A stretch of DNA of 64,000 nt, from NCBI GenBank assembly GCA_963422375.2, contig OY729427.2:192001-256000 (forward strand), read 5' to 3'. The notes under the pieces were generated by a model. It was not told the DNA's origin and made no database searches. It was given only the letters and a program-made list of their open reading frames with translations. Positions 62,554-64,000 of the stretch are shown one piece after another. Every line of letters begins with the position of its first letter. Within the stretch, counting starts at the first letter, position 1. This stretch comes from Bryobacterales bacterium. GTDB lineage: Bacteria > Acidobacteriota > Terriglobia > Bryobacterales > UBA6623. The position numbers were made by a program, and so were the translations under genes.

Positions 62554-62636
62554 TGTCAGCCACTTGCAACCACTTTCGTCTAAGAGCAGCCACTTCCGTC
62601 CACAACATGTTGCTCGCTCCCAGCTAGGGTTGTCAA
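62550..62636 (-). promoter_or_regulatory. dcw promoter region with MraZ-type operator repeats
   Basis: Minus-strand GTGG boxes in 10-bp phase at 62600-62603, 62590-62593, 62570-62573 and 62560-62563. TTGACA at 62636-62631. Confidence 0.75.
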
Positions 62637-62855
62637 GCGCTATCTCGTTGATTTTTCGATCTTTTTCAAACCTTGGAATATCTTGGGCAACTATCCGGGG
62701 CCTACCACAATCAGTAGTGTCGCGGGTGCCCGGACTCGCTACATGATGGTGCCCGCGGCACCCTCTCGAGGCACTTCGAGGCGATTTGCGACAATGGGCC
62801 GGGACGGGGCGGACGCAGATTCCGGCCACGTCGAGCGCGCGGGGAGGGCGATTCC

Positions 62856-63614
62856 GTGAAACTAGGGCTGGTCACTTACAACGTCGGGAAGGACTGGGGC
62901 GTACCGACGATCATCGAAAAGCTCGGCGCCACCGGCTTCGAGGCCGTCGAGCTGCGCAGCACGCACCGGCACGGGGTCGAGCCCGGCATCCCGCCGGCCA
63001 GGGTGGACGAGGTCCGTCGCACCTTCGAGGAGAGCCGGGTGCGCCTGCTGAGCCTTGGATCGGCCTGCGAGTTCCATGCGCCCGACCCCGGGGAGCGGGC
63101 AGCGAACGTCCGGGAAACTGCGGGCTTCGTGGAACTCGCCCACGACCTCGGCTGCTGGGGCGTCAAGGTGCGCCCCAACGGTCTGCCCGAGGGAGTTCCG
63201 CGGGCGGTCACGGTAGGGCGCATCGCCGAGGCGCTGCGCGCCTGTGGCGACCACGCCCTCGGCTACGGCGTCGAGATCTGGGTCGAGGTGCACGGGCGAG
63301 GCACGCAGCAGCCGGACGTGATGCGGGAGATCATGGACCGATGCGCGCACCCGTCGGTGGGAGTCTGCTGGAACTCCAACCCGACCGACATCCGCGACGG
63401 CTCGATCGAGGCGTCCTTCGACCTGCTGCGGCCGTTCGTCCGCAACGTGCATATCCGCGACCTGCCGGACTACCCGCACCGCGAGCTGTTCCGGTTGCTG
63501 AGGTCGGTCGGCTACGACCGCTACACGCTGGCGGAGACGGCGCAGAGCTGCGAGCCGGACCGCTACTTGCGCTACTACCGCGCGCTGTGGCGCGAGCTCG
63601 CGCGCGACGCCTGA
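62856..63614 (+). CDS. sugar phosphate isomerase/epimerase (xylose isomerase-like TIM barrel)
   Basis: GFEAVELR, IWVEVHG, VCWNS, VHIRD, YTLAE. Confidence 0.85.
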   Translation: MKLGLVTYNVGKDWGVPTIIEKLGATGFEAVELRSTHRHGVEPGIPPARVDEVRRTFEESRVRLLSLGSACEFHAPDPGERAANVRETAGFVELAHDLGCWGVKVRPNGLPEGVPRAVTVGRIAEALRACGDHALGYGVEIWVEVHGRGTQQPDVMREIMDRCAHPSVGVCWNSNPTDIRDGSIEASFDLLRPFVRNVHIRDLPDYPHRELFRLLRSVGYDRYTLAETAQSCEPDRYLRYYRALWRELARDA

Positions 63615-63633
63615 GCCCCGGGGCGCTACCTAG

Positions 63634-63886
63634 TGCTTGTGACAAAACCCCTGAACTCTGGCCTGATCAGCATTTCATACTACATCCTGATGTCGGATGG
63701 ATCTCCAAACACAACATATAGGGTCCAAGGTCGGAAGTTGCTCAGCCGCCAATCGCGAAGATTTCCGCGCTCTACCCAGAATTGGCAGGATTTCGGACTA
63801 GTCGTAGCATTCCAGCGAAATCTTCGCCTTGAGAGATTGGACCTAATGCCTTTGTTGTCAAGGGGATACGAGTTTTTTCACGGGCA
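63634..63886. mobile_element. MITE-like non-autonomous element (~253 bp)
   Basis: Terminal inverted repeats TGCTTGTGACAAAAC and TGCCCGTGAAAAAAC (reverse complement of the right end), 12/15 match. Direct repeat CTACCTAG at 63626-63633 and 63887-63894. Interior is visibly AT-richer than the flanks. Confidence 0.8.
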
Positions 63887-64000
63887 CTACCTAGGCGCGA
63901 AACCCAGCGCGGGCGGGTCGCGCTGGACCCACAGCGGGTCGCCCTCCTCGCCGTTGACGGTGTAGCGCAGGATCACCCCGCCCGCCTGCGTGTAGGACCG
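63887..64000 (-). CDS. 3' end of an unidentified CDS entering from beyond the window
   Basis: Open frame with host-like codons: RSYTQAGGVILRYTVNGEEGDPLWVQRDPPALGFAPR, then TAG at 63889-63887. Confidence 0.6.
   Translation of the reverse strand, partial: RSYTQAGGVILRYTVNGEEGDPLWVQRDPPALGFAPR

Noticed and set aside
62550..62605. 10-bp-phased GTGG repeats as a novel repeat array
   Set aside because: They match the known MraZ operator arrangement upstream of mraZ, so they are listed as a feature.
47970..62829. Apparent long N-terminal extensions or fusions on ftsQ, murG, murD, mraY, murF, ftsI, rsmH and mraZ in the ORF track
   Set aside because: The extensions are off-frame read-through of the upstream genes. 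Internal starts beside or overlapping the upstream stops give normal-sized proteins.

Overview
Bacterial chromosome window with a high-GC core (visually about 70%). The rplM-rpsI-rpsB-tsf-pyrH-frr order, short EF-Ts and overall gene content suggest Acidobacteriota (inference only). Part 1 (1 to about 22,300) is a mixed-composition accessory region. It holds two IS1595-family elements, a decayed IS1380-family element with intact ends, a Tm-1-like/TIM-barrel gene pair, a sulfatase, MscS and a ThuA-like protein. It also has two candidate defence modules: a PHP-phosphoesterase/SMC-like ATPase (Ppl/TrlF-like, with a premature stop) followed by an AlbA_2 (Schlafen-like)/HATPase protein, and a 958-aa RelE-like/SF1-helicase/TPR-like fusion. 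Part 2 (about 22,400-64,000) is housekeeping: rho, alaS, thiE, the translation cluster and the dcw cluster mraZ to ftsZ. Less obvious structure: (i) a diverged, decayed murE'/ftsI' duplication inside the dcw operon that keeps start/stop overlaps unbroken; (ii) a consistent A:T-to-G:C bias in the damaging changes of the decaying sequences; (iii) an FtsA with degenerate ATP-binding motifs; (iv) a ~253-bp MITE inserted at a stop codon; (v) several apparently leaderless genes. No rRNA, tRNA or CRISPR array was seen. All family assignments come from motif recognition by eye; no database searches were run.
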